Assembly: GCA_002633005.1 (NCBI GenBank)
Contig: NMRA01000504.1
Span: forward strand, 25,571 to 89,570
Direction of reading: 5' to 3'
Source of the DNA: Phoronis australis
Taxonomy: Eukaryota > Animalia > Phoronida
Length of the DNA stretch: 64,000 nucleotides
The notes below the pieces were generated by a model. That model saw only the letters and a program-made list of their open reading frames with translations, ran no database searches and had not been told where the DNA came from. The translations under genes were made by a program, and so were the position numbers. Positions 1 to 14,217 of this stretch are shown here, in pieces. Numbering within the stretch: the stretch's first letter is position 1; every line of letters starts with the position of its first letter.

Positions 1-474
1 CCTCGTTACACTCGGGCTCAAACATGTACCCACCCACTGAATGTCCGTGAAAAAATTCCTCGTCACCACTGCTGTGAACAAGGTCTACGTCACTCACACT
101 GCTGTCACTGTGATACGGTTCACCGACTCCAGCCATTTACAGCTTACAACACACTAAACATTCCCTAAATCCAACGTAGTTGAGTTCTCTACTAATCTAT
201 CTTGCCGCAGAATACTCGCCGATGGAAAGTGGTGGCGACAATTGTTGAAAAACAGCACAAAACAAAAGTAGAATAGAACAGATTCGCACGGTAAAGTCAA
301 CGCAAAACCAAGTGGCGGGAAACGCTTGCCTTCTAAAACGTCACTTCCGCAGTAGCGGACGAGTAATTAATAAAATTACGAAAAGCTGTAATTAAGTGGA
401 TAATATGTCTAGGATAACCAACCAACCTTATTTTAGCTCAAAATGACATGGAAAAAGGTTGCCTTCGCCTTTAA
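1..474. mobile_element. Right end of a probable non-autonomous DNA transposon in CHS-A intron 4
   Basis: Ends GGTTGCCTTCGCCTTTAA, typical of TTAA-targeting elements; internal CACTG sub-repeats; the other end is not in the window. Confidence 0.35.
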
Positions 475-876
475 GGCATTACAAATTGAATCTACTGAGA
501 CAGACTTTGACACTTTGTTTCAGTTTTATATAAACATTGATTAGGGTGAGAATAATTCATTTTGAATCAAGAATGCCTGCCGAAGACACGGGGATATTTC
601 TCGGTTTTTATACGCCACACCACAGCGACACACACTCGCTCCGTCGTGTAATCATCTTCCTCACAGGTTAAGAAGACACCTTTCGGCGAGGTGAGATCGA
701 TTGTTAAATCACGTAAAAAATGGAATGAAACTGATGCATTCGTACGTTGCTGTCGGTACAAGCAACGTTTTGAAACCTTTAATGTTCTGATCAAGTTTGA
801 TGCGCTTTGCATATGTCTATGAGTAAGATAGGAAATGATTAACTGATAGTCACGTTAGTGAGAATGTGTTACTTAC

Positions 877-1584
877 ATTAATGTCTTGGACATCAAATTC
901 CTTTACTAACGATAAGATGACAAATGTCAGAAATGTGGTAGACATCATAGGAAGCGAGAAACAGAACTTCTGAATCTTTATCTTACAGGCGATGACTCCG
1001 AAGGAATAGCTGACGAAGCTGGCTCCTATATGGATGGCCGTTAGGTACCATGGGTAGAAATCGGGTTCTATGATTAGTCCTGTCATAGTGAAATCCGTTA
1101 TTGTTTCATCAAGATAGTGGTACAGAAAGACCACCCCAACTACAACTAGAATTTTCCAGAAACTCAAGACCAGACGAAGTTTTGTTTGACATCGATTTAA
1201 ACGGTTCTTCAGGTCAACTAATGCTGTACCAAGTGGACCCTTGGTCTCCTTGTCAACAAAATTCTCCCACCAACCCAAAGAAATAAGGAAAAGCGACAGC
1301 GGAATACTCCATACAATGTCTATGTCGATTTCTTCTTGCTCAACCACGTAAATTATTGGCAATATGTGAAGAATAGTCAACTGACAAAGGACTGCCAATA
1401 TATCGACAGTGACCTTGAGAGGAGGACACTTTTCGCCTTGTGGTCTATGAAGCACATTCATTAAGCTCGGAATGAGCGCGACACCTGTCGTCAGCATGAG
1501 TGCACGGTCGGAGTCCAGTTTCATCATGACGTTGATGACAAAAAGACACACTCCCAGTGACTGCAGAGTTTCGATAGTAATTGC
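877..1584 (-). CDS. CHS: CHS-A exon 4 (N-terminal transmembrane domain)
   Basis: ccag|GCAATT ... ATTAAT|gtaagt; 708 nt, phase 0-0; WWENF motif. Confidence 0.9.
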
Positions 1585-2633
1585 CTGGAATTAAATATGA
1601 TGATTCAAAAGTTTAACTGTATTGTATCGCGCACATCTGAACACCAACATCAACAGATGTGTGACACAAATAACACTAAAGATAAATATGAATTCATTTT
1701 ATCAGTCTATTGTTTTATTTTCTCTTCGACAGAATTTTGACAACTATTGACTCGTTAAAAACTTACAATTATAAACATTTTTATCAAAACTCTTCTGGAC
1801 TGGAACCGTTTTGATGACAATGTCATTCCGCTGTGAAACTACCAATGGATTCAGAACAAAAAGTTCATCATGTACTTTGTTAGTATCTTATCAACCGTTG
1901 TGTTGCGACGTCTTAGGATGTATTTGTGATGCACTACTACGGCTACGGAAAGAGACGTGTATATGTGTGTTACGTATGTTCAGCCAACACCCACTGGCTC
2001 CTCTTAATTAAACCCAAAAATTACCTCGCGGAATTTTGAACACTCTCATGAATTCAACTCACCATCGCAAAAAGCTTGCAGTCCGGCTTTCTTGTTCTTT
2101 TAAAGAAAACTTTCCATAAATTGGTTAAGAAGATCCATACTTGCGGTGCCAAGATACACACGAGAAGTGCTAACAACCAGTTCATTTTTTCATTCGAAGC
2201 CTCTGTCCCCAGACCATCTGTTCCTTTTGGTTCTGTGACTCTTGCAGTGATGCCGTTTCCGGTTTCTTCGTTTCCAGTAGGGCAGTTGTTTGTCATGTTT
2301 CTCAAGTTGCCAGCGATCAAAAGAATTGACATCTTGCTAATAACGGCTCCCCCTAGGACCAGCAAGAAGGTTAGGATGCAGTACATCACTTTGAAGATTC
2401 TCCTCAAAGTACTGAAGCACGTGGTGTCACTTTCGTGTGTGTTTTTAGCTGTTGTTTCGGTGAACAGGTCCCACGGTCCGGTTTTTCGCAATGAGTAGTC
2501 GTCATCTTCGTCGCCTTCTTTATTTTTATTGTCCACGTTTTCTGTCTCTTCGAGTGGACACCTACTGAAAATAATATTAACAACAACGACAACACTAACA
2601 ACACCAACAACAACAACAACAAAAAGAACTACA

Positions 2634-2676
<43 letters not shown>

Positions 2677-3962
2677 GTAATAGTAATAATAATAATAATA
2701 ATAATTATCATTATTATTATAATAATAGCAGTAAAACTAAAAAGTTGTTATTAATACTAATAAATGATAATACATATATCGGTTATATTGTAACGATAAT
2801 GATCTAAATAATTTTGCCTTCACCTTTGTCATGTTAATCGATAATTTACATGTAGCTGCTACATGTCAATTACATTGAACTGTGACGCACACTCACGGGG
2901 TTTCTCTTCTGAAATTAACACATCACGCCACACATCGAACTGTAAGCTACTGGCAGATAAAACTATATTAAGTCAACCCCAACTGGTTCATTTAAAATTT
3001 TAATGCAAGATAATCCTCTGTGACCTACGACATCCCTCAAACATTTGGTGCAATAATATTTAGACCAAACTTATTACTTGTCAGGCCACTGACCCATTAG
3101 AACATTTACCTGTCATCTTCCATGGAATGGTAGCTTTCGTCGTCGTTGTATCTGCGAATAGGAAAAGTCTGACATGTAATCGGCCGGTGTCGGGTTGTTT
3201 TGTGGAACAGATAAGCTGTCAGTTTCGACTAGAAGTGTATGAGAATGCAGTGTGTTGTGATTTGGGGATTTATTACAAATCGCCAGTTTTCGCCGTTGTT
3301 TGCCAGCTGATCGCTGAAATCACGGCTGGCGACTTCACAAGTTAAATACACTTGAAATACCCAGCCATTTATTGTGTTGGTTTAGCTTCGCCACCAATTT
3401 GTGGGATCGCGAACGCTGACGTCGTGAGCTCAACTCAGCGTTTGGTATGATCAAGGAAACCGGCTTGCACTACAATAGCGCCACTTGAAACGCCATCGTA
3501 ACAAGAGCATCGAAATCACTTGAGCCACTCTCAGTTGGAACAGAGATCATTATTGTGTTTGTAATATTTCCGAGCTCATTCAGAAGCCATTTTGAAAAGT
3601 CGCCACCTAAACAAACGTTCTTCTCGCAGTTGATTGTATGTAGATCGTAGACGGACGAACCTCGAAAAATAGAAGATGACGAAGGGCGTCAAGAGATATC
3701 ACCATGCACAACAAGCGAAGCACGTGAATCACACTTATCTAACTTCCGTCGTACTAAGTAATGACAGATACGTTACCTCTAAACACTCGAATAGTAAAGC
3801 AAAATGTAAAGTTGTTGCTTATAGAGCTGCTCGGTATTCCCACAAAAAATAAGACTTGTGAAATTATCGTAAGATAGATACTCACGCTGGAGTCACGCGA
3901 CTGTTGACCATTGAGTCCCACTGTCGTCCAAGCAATCGCGTCTTTGATGCTGAATTTGACAT
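877..3962 (-). CDS. CHS: Chitin synthase paralog A, 5' part; the gene continues beyond the window start. Exons 3886-4018, 3110-3151, 2063-2564, 877-1584
   Basis: Spliced frame MSNSASKTRLLGRQWDSMVNSRVTPAYNDDESYHSMEDDSRCPLEE...KTGPWDLF...LVLGGAVISKMSILLIA...LISLGWWENFVD...ACKIKIQKFCFSLPM. It is collinear with the complete chitin synthase at 14218-33188 and shares its intron positions and phases. The start codon is uncertain. Confidence 0.9.
2063..2564 (-). CDS. CHS: CHS-A exon 3
   Basis: ttttcag|TAGGTGT ... GCGATG|gtgag; encodes KTGPWDLF and the first TM helices. Confidence 0.88.
2575..2730. repeat. Compound (AAC)n-(AAT)n microsatellite next to the CHS-A exon 3 acceptor
   Basis: Trinucleotide runs visible directly. 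Confidence 0.95.
3110..3151 (-). CDS. CHS: CHS-A exon 2 (42-nt micro-exon)
   Basis: ttcgcag|ATACAAC...GATGACAG|gtaaat; phase 2-2; counterpart of 30738-30776. Confidence 0.75.
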
Positions 3963-4018
3963 CAACTCGGAATTGCTAAATCTCAAACACCCTGAGGTAC
4001 GATCGGCCGGCGTAAATC
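3886..4018 (-). CDS. CHS: CHS-A first recognisable exon (in-frame ATGs at 3962 and 3911)
   Basis: tgtcag|GATTTAC...CCAGC|gtgag; open throughout; TRLLGRQW matches TRLLGQQW of paralog B. Confidence 0.72.
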
Positions 4019-4030
4019 CTGACAATGAAA

Positions 4031-4560
4031 ATTTATTTATTTATTTACTTATTTATTTTATTTATTAATGTAATATTTAGAATGAGGGTAGCCCCATCAG
4101 TTCACACTGCTTTCCATGGGGGCCTCAATAAAAAACAAAGAGTTTGAAAAACAAAAACAGAATTACAAAATGAAAGACCAATTTAAGTAATAAGCAAAGA
4201 ATAAGAAATTAACACGGAAAGACTGATGAAGCAAAATAAAAAAGAAAATATGATAAATAGAAGATAAAGAAATTAAGATAAGATAATTAACTAAAGTATA
4301 ATAATAAATATAAAAAATTAAAAACAGACAATAAATAATTAATAAAAGTAAAACAATACATGAAATAACAAATGAATAAACATGCAATTCTTAGACATCA
4401 CATGAGCTTAAATCTATTTCTTATAATTCTTTTAAAGGTTAGAAAGGATGATGTAGATTTGGCATCTGCAGGGAGAGAGTTCCATAAAAAGGGCCCGCGG
4501 TAGGAAAATGATTTTTTTCCAGTTTCGCTTCTGCGTTTATGAAGATTGAAATCAGATTAT
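4031..4560 (-). mobile_element. 5'-truncated non-LTR retrotransposon 3' end (CR1/L2-like)
   Basis: Minus-strand peptide KSFSYRGPFLWNSLPADAKSTSSFLTFKRII resembles a CR1/L2 ORF2 C-terminus. It is followed by a T-rich 3' UTR, a GC-rich stem-loop (gaggcccccatgg...atggggctaccctc) and a (TAAA)n-like tail. Confidence 0.7.
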
Positions 4561-7500
4561 GATGAGGACATTTACTATTAGATTTCGTACAAACACTTGT
4601 CTTAGTCCTCATGCGCTCCGGGTTCCCAATTTCCTACGTTTTTGTCTGCCCTTGGTGGTAGTTAAAGTACTTATAACAGTTAAAACGTCTTGTTGTGTAC
4701 TTCATACGAGTTCTCTAATAACGGAATGTTAACTTTCGAAACTGACGGTTATTTCAATGCTGTAGCTTGTATTAAACCGCGGTTCATAATTCAATTTAAG
4801 GAGTTAGACTGCACGTAGCATAGTTGGTTTGGGATTCTGTTTCATGAAACTTGACTGAGACACTGATAATTATTGTGATGATTTATAATGATGTTTTTAC
4901 ATTTACTTGTCCAAACCTCTTATCAGCAACTGTTGAGTAGGAGTGTGAGTCCAAATTTTAGTCAAAAGTCGTAACTTTTTTGAAAAGACGTCACGATTGC
5001 GCCTGACCCATTTTAAAAAGTGTGTTACGAAGTTGGCAACATGTTGTGTTCGGTAACTAGAAGGATCCCGACCTTTCTGTATTTCAGCTGGTTATAGGTG
5101 GCGCTGGAAATGGTAAGCCAGTCCATTTTAGGTGACTTTTCTTTTAGATAGTATGGATGAATAAAAATATCGCGTCATAGCATCAATTTGTGAGAAGAAA
5201 AAGAAAAAGCAAACGCGGATTATTCTTAGTCTTAAGGAGGGCTAGTAAAACCGTAGGTGTGACTGAGCGCAAGGTCCTTGATAACAACACAGAAATGTTA
5301 CTTTGGTGTTACGTTTATTTGATTTAACGATACTCTTTTCTGTACATTCACCAATTAATAAAACAGGATGAGTTTTGTGAGTCGAAGGATATCACTAAAA
5401 TATAAACGTTTCGTAACTTTCAACCTTCTTTGTGCGTTTGCCTTATTTTACTATTATTTTTTTCAAAAGTAGGCAGGACTTCCGCGGAAACTGATAAACA
5501 ATAATTGATGGGTCAGCTGTCACTCATTCCGGCGGCCATTTTGGGTGGTGATGCACCACCAAAAGCAAAAGTTAAATTAAAAACATTCATATTAAATTCA
5601 ATTAAGTTTGGAAATGGATATTTCTGTGGTGATCTTGCATTATTTAGGCTTAATTTTGGTTGAACTAACTTGCTTTAAAATGGTTTTATGAAGAATTTAA
5701 CTAAAGTAAAGTGTTAAAGATATCGTTAATATGGTTGTACTAGAGAGCTGATGGCTATGTAAATTGTTTGTATAACTAAATACAAATATAGTTCCGATTG
5801 CAATTTTGTCCACACAAAGAAAAATGGCTAGCAAAAACAGCGCGATGTCTAATACGTCGAAATTTTGCCTGGTATCGCTTGCATGGTGTAAGCAAACAAC
5901 TATTCGTTTTCATCAAAAAGTCGCAAACAATTCACGTAAATGCGCAGCATGTATAAACTAGGAATAAACGAGCATTCATTGTGTCTGTTTTAAACCCTGT
6001 CTTATCATAATTTCCATGTACACAAAAAGTTGAGTGGCTCTTTCAGAGTTTGACGTTAACGAAGCGATAACAGGTTATTTCCTTGTAGGCCTTGACGATT
6101 TAAATATAAGCTCCTCGCCCGTCGGTCTTTTTTGGAAAGTGTTTTACCCACGAAATAATGATTTTGTATAGTGATTTTTCATCAATTCAGGAAAGTTTCT
6201 TGAAAATCACATTAGAATTGTAAACACAAAATGACATATGGGCAATGAATCCTCGGCCGAAACCAAATTCTTGTCGTCCTCACTAGAGTATACACAGCAG
6301 ACTGACATGTAATGCCAACAAACGTTGTATTTATTGTTTTTAATAACACGCTATGATCGTTCAACCGAATCCTTTTGCATACGTTTTACTATTTTCTCTT
6401 AATCTTGAAAATGTGTTGCATGAACGCAAAACTGGCCAAAGCATAGCTTTGTTCACTTGAGTAGAAAAATTCGCAAAAATTCGTTGACTCGCATGCACGG
6501 ACATTGTGCCAATAATACGAGGGCTGTTCAATAAAATGGAGGATCACTACAAGGACATAACAACAAGGTTGGAGCACACTAATAAGCCTTTCCAAATATC
6601 AGTTGCATCGGCTTGATAGCAATTTCACTTTTAGCGGACGTCCAAACATCTCTTACTACAGAGACTGAATGGTGAAAATAACAATTGGTAGTTTTTCGTG
6701 AATAATGTGTAGCAACATAGAGTAAGGAGTATTTCAGTTTCTTCTAGACGTTTGCTTTAGTGCTTTGGTCACAACTTTCTTGTCATTTGATCGGTGATTG
6801 CTGCTAACGTTGAATATCTTTCCTGCAATCGAAAGTTTTAGTTTAAAGATATACTGGTTCTTAGTGCCACACGCCATATATCAATGTTCACAATGAGAGG
6901 TACATGGTGAAAATTGGAGGCTTTAATTGTTGAATATGTTTGTCAGCTACTTACGGGAATTTTTAAGATTTTTTTTTTAATTTGAGAAGCCAGTCATTCC
7001 GCATCACTCGACTGCGCCAATGATTTGTAATTGACAGAAAGGAACTAAAAATAATACAAGTGCTACACACAAGTTACATGTATCTAATTACCGTAACGCG
7101 CTCTGGTGAATCACCTTTTTAGAGCAAAGAATATTAAATGATTGTAAATCAGGCACATTTGCTTTGCTTATGGTGTTCATTTCAAATTGATATGAACACA
7201 TGTATTATCGTAGATGAGCAGATATTCAGTTATTATGGAAACGAAAATGCACTTAGCTAGTTTAAAAGGAACACCGATGAGTTACGAAAGTTGTCTTTAG
7301 AATAACTATTGTGTAAGTTTCTCTTCATCTTTCACCGAAGTTTTGCGTTTGGAAAAGCATTATGGACATATATATTAGCGACTAAAAATCGAATGTTCTT
7401 CCCAATATTCATCAGTATTTCCAATATCTCTTTAGTTACAAGCCATAAAAATATGATTAAACCTGCATGCATTTGACGAACAAGTTGTATTTAAAGCCAA

Positions 7501-10500
7501 AAAACTGAAACAAAATGAGAGGTTGTTCTGAATACCGGCTACCTGTAAGTGATGGCACTTCTACACTGTAGATGATTATAGATATTTGCTGATTTTTGGT
7601 CGACGCAAGCCTAAATGGTTTCGCTTAACTCCCAGGTTTCTGTTGCCTTTAATTATCTTGGCGTCTTCAATTGAGAAATCTTGAAGTTTACATTTCAAAT
7701 GCAAATATTTCTTGTCGCAAGTGTCCCGCGATTCTCTTTCGTTTTTTCAACGTGACCCGTCGCTGTTTAATTTTTCTTTTACAGTTATGGCTTCGAGGGT
7801 CCTAAGCCTACGTTCTCAATCCATGGAACCGTACATTGCACAATCCTTAACCATTCCAAACACGACCAGCACAATAACAATGAATAAGCTTTGATAGTCA
7901 TGTAACCATTCATACTAGAATGTCGCACCATTTCACTAAGTCTCCAGTTACTTTCACAGTTTATTTTTCATGACAACTTCATGTTTCGTCTTTTTTTATT
8001 CTTTTAGCTGCGTGTGTTTTTGTCATGCTTTTGCCCTGAAACATGCTTTTTTAAAAATGAAGTTTCAGAATTTTGCACGGAACTTTGACGAGTTCTTTTT
8101 GAAGTGAAGTTCTCTGAACAAATTTGCCTTCACATGAAATCGCAGACATGCTTTCGAACTTGCAAAGTCAATTTGTTATTCTCAATGTTGTGCAAAAAAG
8201 TCACGTGTGCCGAAGTTATGCCATCCTTCTATTTAAAAAACGATCACAATTAGGTGACTACAGACGTGCGGGCAATATTTTCATACTGTAATATCTGCGT
8301 TTATTAACCGTTTTAAAATACAAGGCTTTATGGCCAGGAAAGAAATATTTTTAGTAAAGTTTCCTTGAAGAAATATGTTAATCGGTAATGAAGATACTCT
8401 GTTACCTCAAACACGTCACGTGACAACGTGTTTCGCATATAAACGTTAAATACATATACATCAGCGTCCTTATCCGCTAATTTTAATTCTTAGAACTGGC
8501 CCTGGAAAAGAGCCCCATAATATCCTTAATATGCTCTGGTCTTGGACCCTGCCTACTGGTCAGCAGTGGTCAAATCGATCAATGGCAACGTGAACGTTTC
8601 TTTAGAGTTTATGTTTACAAACGCTTTATGGCAAACATTGTAGATTCACTATTTCCAATGAATTTGTGAATTAGTAAGGTAATTGCAATCTGTGTTGTTA
8701 CTTTGGTATGAATAAACCTACGAAAAACAACAAAAAGTACTTATCTTTTAACACTGAAAAGATATCGAGCATAAATTTGACTGGTGATCTCGTTGTTTTG
8801 GAAGACTTTTACCACATTTGTTATCATAAGACTCCTTTTTTAATTTGTAACTAAAATAAACAAAGTGCCTTATACCGTACCTGAAATCTTTTCCTCTTTC
8901 TCCATTTCTCAGTTTATGTTGAGTGCAACATAAATATTGGAAGTCTGACTTCAAACCTCGGTCTTTATCGAGTCTCACAAAATGAGGAAATGAAATCCGT
9001 CCTTAAGACTTAATTTCCACTAGACGCTAAATAAGTAAACTTGAGTATTAAGCGCTTAACAACACATGTACAAACACCATTAATATTGTTCTTCTCTAGG
9101 AAACCTAACGTTATCGTTGTTAAATATATCATTTTAATCGCCGGCGCTTACTTGTCTGTTTTAAATATTGATAATTTTTTGGCAACCAAGCATTTCTTTT
9201 CAGCTTGCTGCTGATAAGATGAACACGAATTATAATGAACCAGTTTTTTAATCTACAATTCTGTCGTAAATCGAAATCATGTCGAACGTAGGGACAGATT
9301 TATTACGAATTTGATCCATGGAAAATACAATCGAGTGCATTCGGATTAGAAGAACCTTCAGGCTCTAAACGGTACAAATGTCAAAATGTGTTTTGTTTCA
9401 TTGATGGCTTGCATCGTTGAAAGATGCAAGAAAACGCAAGTCTTCGAAAGACATCGCCTTGCATAACTAGCGAAGCAGATGATCACACTAACTTCACTCG
9501 CGAAATTCTTGTGTCTGCAGAACGCAGTCAAGTTCAAGTTGCACACTCAGTCACAGTGCCATCTCGATGGGATATTTACCCTGTAGAAGGATAGGTGGCA
9601 CTGAACAGTTAGACTGCGGCGGCGGCCAATATTAAAATGTTGGGGTAGGCCAGGCTTGGGGGCATTTTTAGTTAGTTATTGTATGTAGGCCAAGTGAATG
9701 TGATTTGTTTGTATTTGTGAACATGCTGATAATGAAAAAAGGCCACTTTCTCGGCTGTAGCTGCACTCTTCTTCAAGATGGTGGCCCCTGTTGCAATTGT
9801 GCATTGCTGCCAGTGTGTAGCAACTGAGAAATTGGCCACGATTTCAGGTAGCCCTCAAATAAGCCAGATTTGCAAAAAAAAAACTAGTTGGTTGACAGTA
9901 CTTTTGGACCACATTTTTGGAATTGGTAGGAAATTTGCTTTCGGAATCTAATGTTGGCTTTAGTCGAGCATCGGCAGGAAAGTGGTGGTTTTGGGGTGAA
10001 AAGTGGCGATTTAGCATTCTTTTACCTTACTTTTCTTAGTCTAGCTTGGTTTCCAGTGGGAGTGAAAGAGTCAAAAATACAAGAGAGAATAAAGTTTCTG
10101 TGCTCATCTGTAAGGGCTTGTGATGAGAAATGATTCAAAACTTTTCTTTATTTGCATGCAGTTTTGACAGAGTGAAGAAAGAGTGAAGAGTCCATTGACG
10201 TGTGTTCTGATAGGCAAACCTGTGAGAACTGGTCAGTGCCTCCATATGCCCGAAACTTAAGCGCATGCGCATATATTTGGAGCACTTGAGCAAACTGTTA
10301 GAAAAAACATTTCATGTATTTCGGATACAGGCATACTCTCGTATACGGTACTTTTTCACAGGGAATTTTTTGGAAGAGTCGGCACTCTGCAGGAGTGTTG
10401 CTTTGATACGCAGATTAGCCATTTTTCTATTTGCTGTACATGTACATACTCGTATTCAGGCCCATGATCCTATGTTGGAAGCCGCGCCAATATCCCGAAT

Positions 10501-11859
10501 TAGACGTATACGCTACGCTAACCGTTTGAATAAAACCATGCTTTAAAGTGATGCTTCCGATATGGGAACGCCCGATATTTCTTTCTTCAATTACTTGCTT
10601 CCTGGAATGTATTGAAGACTCGTGCTAATTATATGCCCTCGCATAACACGAATAGACATGCAGCCATGCATATGTTTTTAGTTTGCAAATTAATTTTTAA
10701 CACCGCTGCAGTTTTTTGAGTGGCATTCCGTTATTTTGGGTTTTCTGAGCAGTCGAGAGTGAGATTCATTCCGAAATGATTGAATAACAAGGCCAGGCGA
10801 GTTTGACGGGGATTAACTTCTAGTAAAACAGCAACATGTAATATTAAAATAAATGAAATAGAATTGTTATGCATTAAAGATGTTAGGACAATTGGCGAAA
10901 ATACTGAAAATAAATTTCGATAGGAGGAGCCAGCGTCGCTGAGTGATTAGAGTTCTGAATTCCTGTTTGGTTTCGGGTTCGAAAACTGGCTTAAAAATGA
11001 GCACTGAAGTAAGATGTCTCCTCCTCCTGAATATAATGTGATTGCGAATTCTGATGGTGTGCTGTTTTAGCACGGACTATTACCATAACTAGTGACAAGC
11101 AAGCTTTTGTCGGAGGAAGACATGTTATCCTGGAACAGCAAATACATTGTAAACTTCCATAGTCTCCGATGAGTTTGCTGGCTGTCGACTTAGCTGTCAA
11201 CCATGGCATGCTTCTTAGAATACAACTGCTGGCAAAATAAGTTCAGAAAAACACTTGATTCGACTGGCAACTGGTATTGTTGAATTATGAATGCGTTTAA
11301 AGAATAAGAAAGACATTTTTGTGCCTGGTACGTTCGTATTGGTTAGTTGCTGTACTATCAGGGCCTCCGCAGAGAACGGTACGTGACTTGAATAGTGGGG
11401 ATGCAGTGACGTATCTAGGATGTAGTAAAGGGGGTCAACATTTTGTCTCGGGCAACTGAGGATAGCACGATTGTATGCGCTCACCCAGCCTGAAAAATAG
11501 AGAGCTCGAATTACCGGATCTTTTGATAAAAAAAAACTAACGACTAAAAAAGGGGAAAACGATTGCGCAGGCTGGCTGCCAATTGCAATGGAGTCTGAGC
11601 CCCCCCCCCCCCCCCCGCNTGGCCTCAATATTTCTTGCTTTTTATGTTTTTTGCGGCAGCCAAGGGTGGGAGGGGTGGGCCGGGCCCCCTAACACCAACA
11701 AAAATAAAATCTTGGACAACGGTAATTGTTGAGAGGAAACATTTCTCGCAGTTATACGTTTGCAATTCAAAGTCACTGACGTTTATGCGGCTGAGTGATG
11801 CTTAGCAACTCTCGGAGAAACGTTGCGGTGGTGGTAGGACAGCAAAAATTTAGCACAGG

Positions 11860-12015
11860 CAGGGGTGGGTCAGGAATTTTAGTATGGTGGACCAGGGCAG
11901 AGTACTAGCCAGAATTTTGCCCGTCAGACATTCGCAACACCGAACTGTCAAATGGATTCTGGGAGAGTTTTAGGGGGGACCATGGCCCCCTTGGCCCTCT
12001 ATAGATCCGCCACTG
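11860..12015. mobile_element. MITE (CAGGGGCGGATC-type terminal inverted repeats)
   Basis: Imperfect TIRs caggggtgggtc ... gatccgccactg with internal G and C runs. Confidence 0.55.
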
Positions 12016-14217
12016 AAAGTTGCGCGTCATTGCAATTCGTATTAGGAATGCAATGCTTTAAGTTACAAAATTTCATTTTATTGTTGAAAATTAACCTTGT
12101 GTGCATGTTCTTTCTACCGCTTTACACTTCAAAGGCCGAGAAGTCCGGTGTCAAACTACTAAGTGCGCTGTCGGTAGCTGCGGCGATTACAGTTTGGTTT
12201 CGTTAAGTACGAAGTATTCAGCGGTTACGTTTCCTTGCTATTCTATGTAATACTATTCGTCAGTATGCGAAAAAAATAGCTGAATATCTAGAAAATATAC
12301 AATTAGGTTTGTATAACAAGAACCAAAATGTGAGTCTTCACGCTCAGCTGATACCAACAAGTTTTCCCGTCATTCAGAAACGTAAATGGAACTCGGGTCA
12401 CGGAAATAGACGATGTTTTTCTATTTGGGCTGAGGTAGTAATTGTATTCAAAAAGGCACGTAGCTTCGTAAAAGACACGAAGAAAACATTATAGCATGAT
12501 AATTGTCACTTGATTGGTAGTATATTTTCAACTGTTTGTTGAGTGCGAAAAAAACAAAAATGGAGTTTTGCAGGGAAGCATATTCAGACAGAGTCAGCTG
12601 CCGGAGTAGCCGGGCAGAGTACGGGGTTCATAGTCCGACATCTGCATGCGTATCGTCTTCAGTGGGGGTTTACACGTCTATAATTTAAGACCATTAAGTA
12701 CACAACAGGAATATATTACATACACATCATAGAAGTATTTTAATACATTTTAAAAAATGTCTCAATTAAGAGCTTTAGCAAGTACCACTCAGTGGAAAGT
12801 ACGTTTTTGGCATTTGCACGTTTAAATAATCAAACATTCAACATTCCCATCGTGAAAGGATGTCAAGGAATAATACAGTAGAATTTGGAAGGATTAAAGA
12901 ATTGGTACAACAGATGATAAAACATTGGCGTTATCAGAGAAGGTACAATAAAGCGTTAAACATGCATTTTGCTACTGTGCACATGTTATGCAGAATTCTG
13001 ACCCGAAATGCTTTGGGATTTAAAAACATTACAACATTATCGAAATTGTTGCCAAGTGGGCTCGCAATTCAAGTCACAGACAACACGTACAGATGCCACT
13101 CAATGGAATAAAATCAGGCCGGTTTTATGAGAGGCCTAATTCGATTTTTAGCCAACTCAACAGGGCGAAAAGCAATTTTAAATAAAAATTGAAAGTACAT
13201 GTACGAATCTTAGTGCATAACTTAAGTGGTATCACATATCAATTACATCACATGTCAATTACTTGAATGCAAAATGACGAACCTCATATTAAGGTTATGA
13301 AAAGATAGAAACAACGTTACAGTATCCCACGTATGACTGTACGGGTTGCATATTGAATAATATGTTTGGTATTTAGTCCAACGTTGAAAACCTGCCTACA
13401 GGCAGATTTAAGCAGACCACAGGGACTCGTGCGAGGATAACCAAAAGACGGTGACGAAGTATCGTTTTGGAGGTTATCGCGAACTTGTGACCTGTAGACA
13501 TTTTGATTGGCCATGACACGTGTTATCATCGATTCGTGAGTGTGTACATGATGACGCTCAGTGCATACTCTTACGCATCCACGTACATGCACTAAAATCC
13601 CGACGATGCATCTTGCGAATGTTCTAATTAGTCCTAGAACCCTTCGTCTCGAAGGAGGCTGAAGTCTTAGAAGCGTTTGAAGAGCATTTCTGTTCAACGT
13701 CCAGTGCGTACACATGTATTCACATATATTTTAATTCTAGCATCATTTTACAAGACACATATAGAAATTAGTTGGTTATAACCAGATAGATAGTCGCAGT
13801 GTTTCTATACGAAGACCTGGCGAACTTTGCACTTTCGTCTTCTACTCAAACTCAGTGTAAGAACTCTTGTGCTTCATGGAGGAATGGTTGCTTGAGACTG
13901 AAGTGTGTGGAGAACGTTTATTGGTGCAAACAAAGGCGAACACACGATCGTCCGATTCGATCCAACCATTTCATTACTAGTCTGTCTGTGGCCTTTCACT
14001 TCAAAATTCGTTTTATCGTAGTACGGTGTTTTGTTGGGTTCACAATTCCACAAATGTATTTTGGATCCTCACGATGTATTCGGACCAATGGGAGAAGCAA
14101 ATGGACAATCTGCTCTTAAACTACGAGATTTGTCATTTTACACAAACCGCATGGAAAATGATAAAACGTTAAATTGGATTATTTTTTGTGCTTAATCCAC
14201 AATTTTAATTCATTTGT

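Noticed and set aside
2529-2807. ORF with poly-Thr and poly-Asn
   Set aside because: Translation of an intronic (AAC)n/(AAT)n microsatellite.
4163-4387. Hydrophobic 74-aa ORF
   Set aside because: Translation of the T-rich 3' UTR of the LINE remnant.
4600-14000. Hidden gene or myosin-domain exons between the CHS paralogs
   Set aside because: Only short ORFs without recognisable motifs; the region looks like repeat-derived DNA plus the CHS-B 3' UTR. Small exons cannot be excluded without RNA data.
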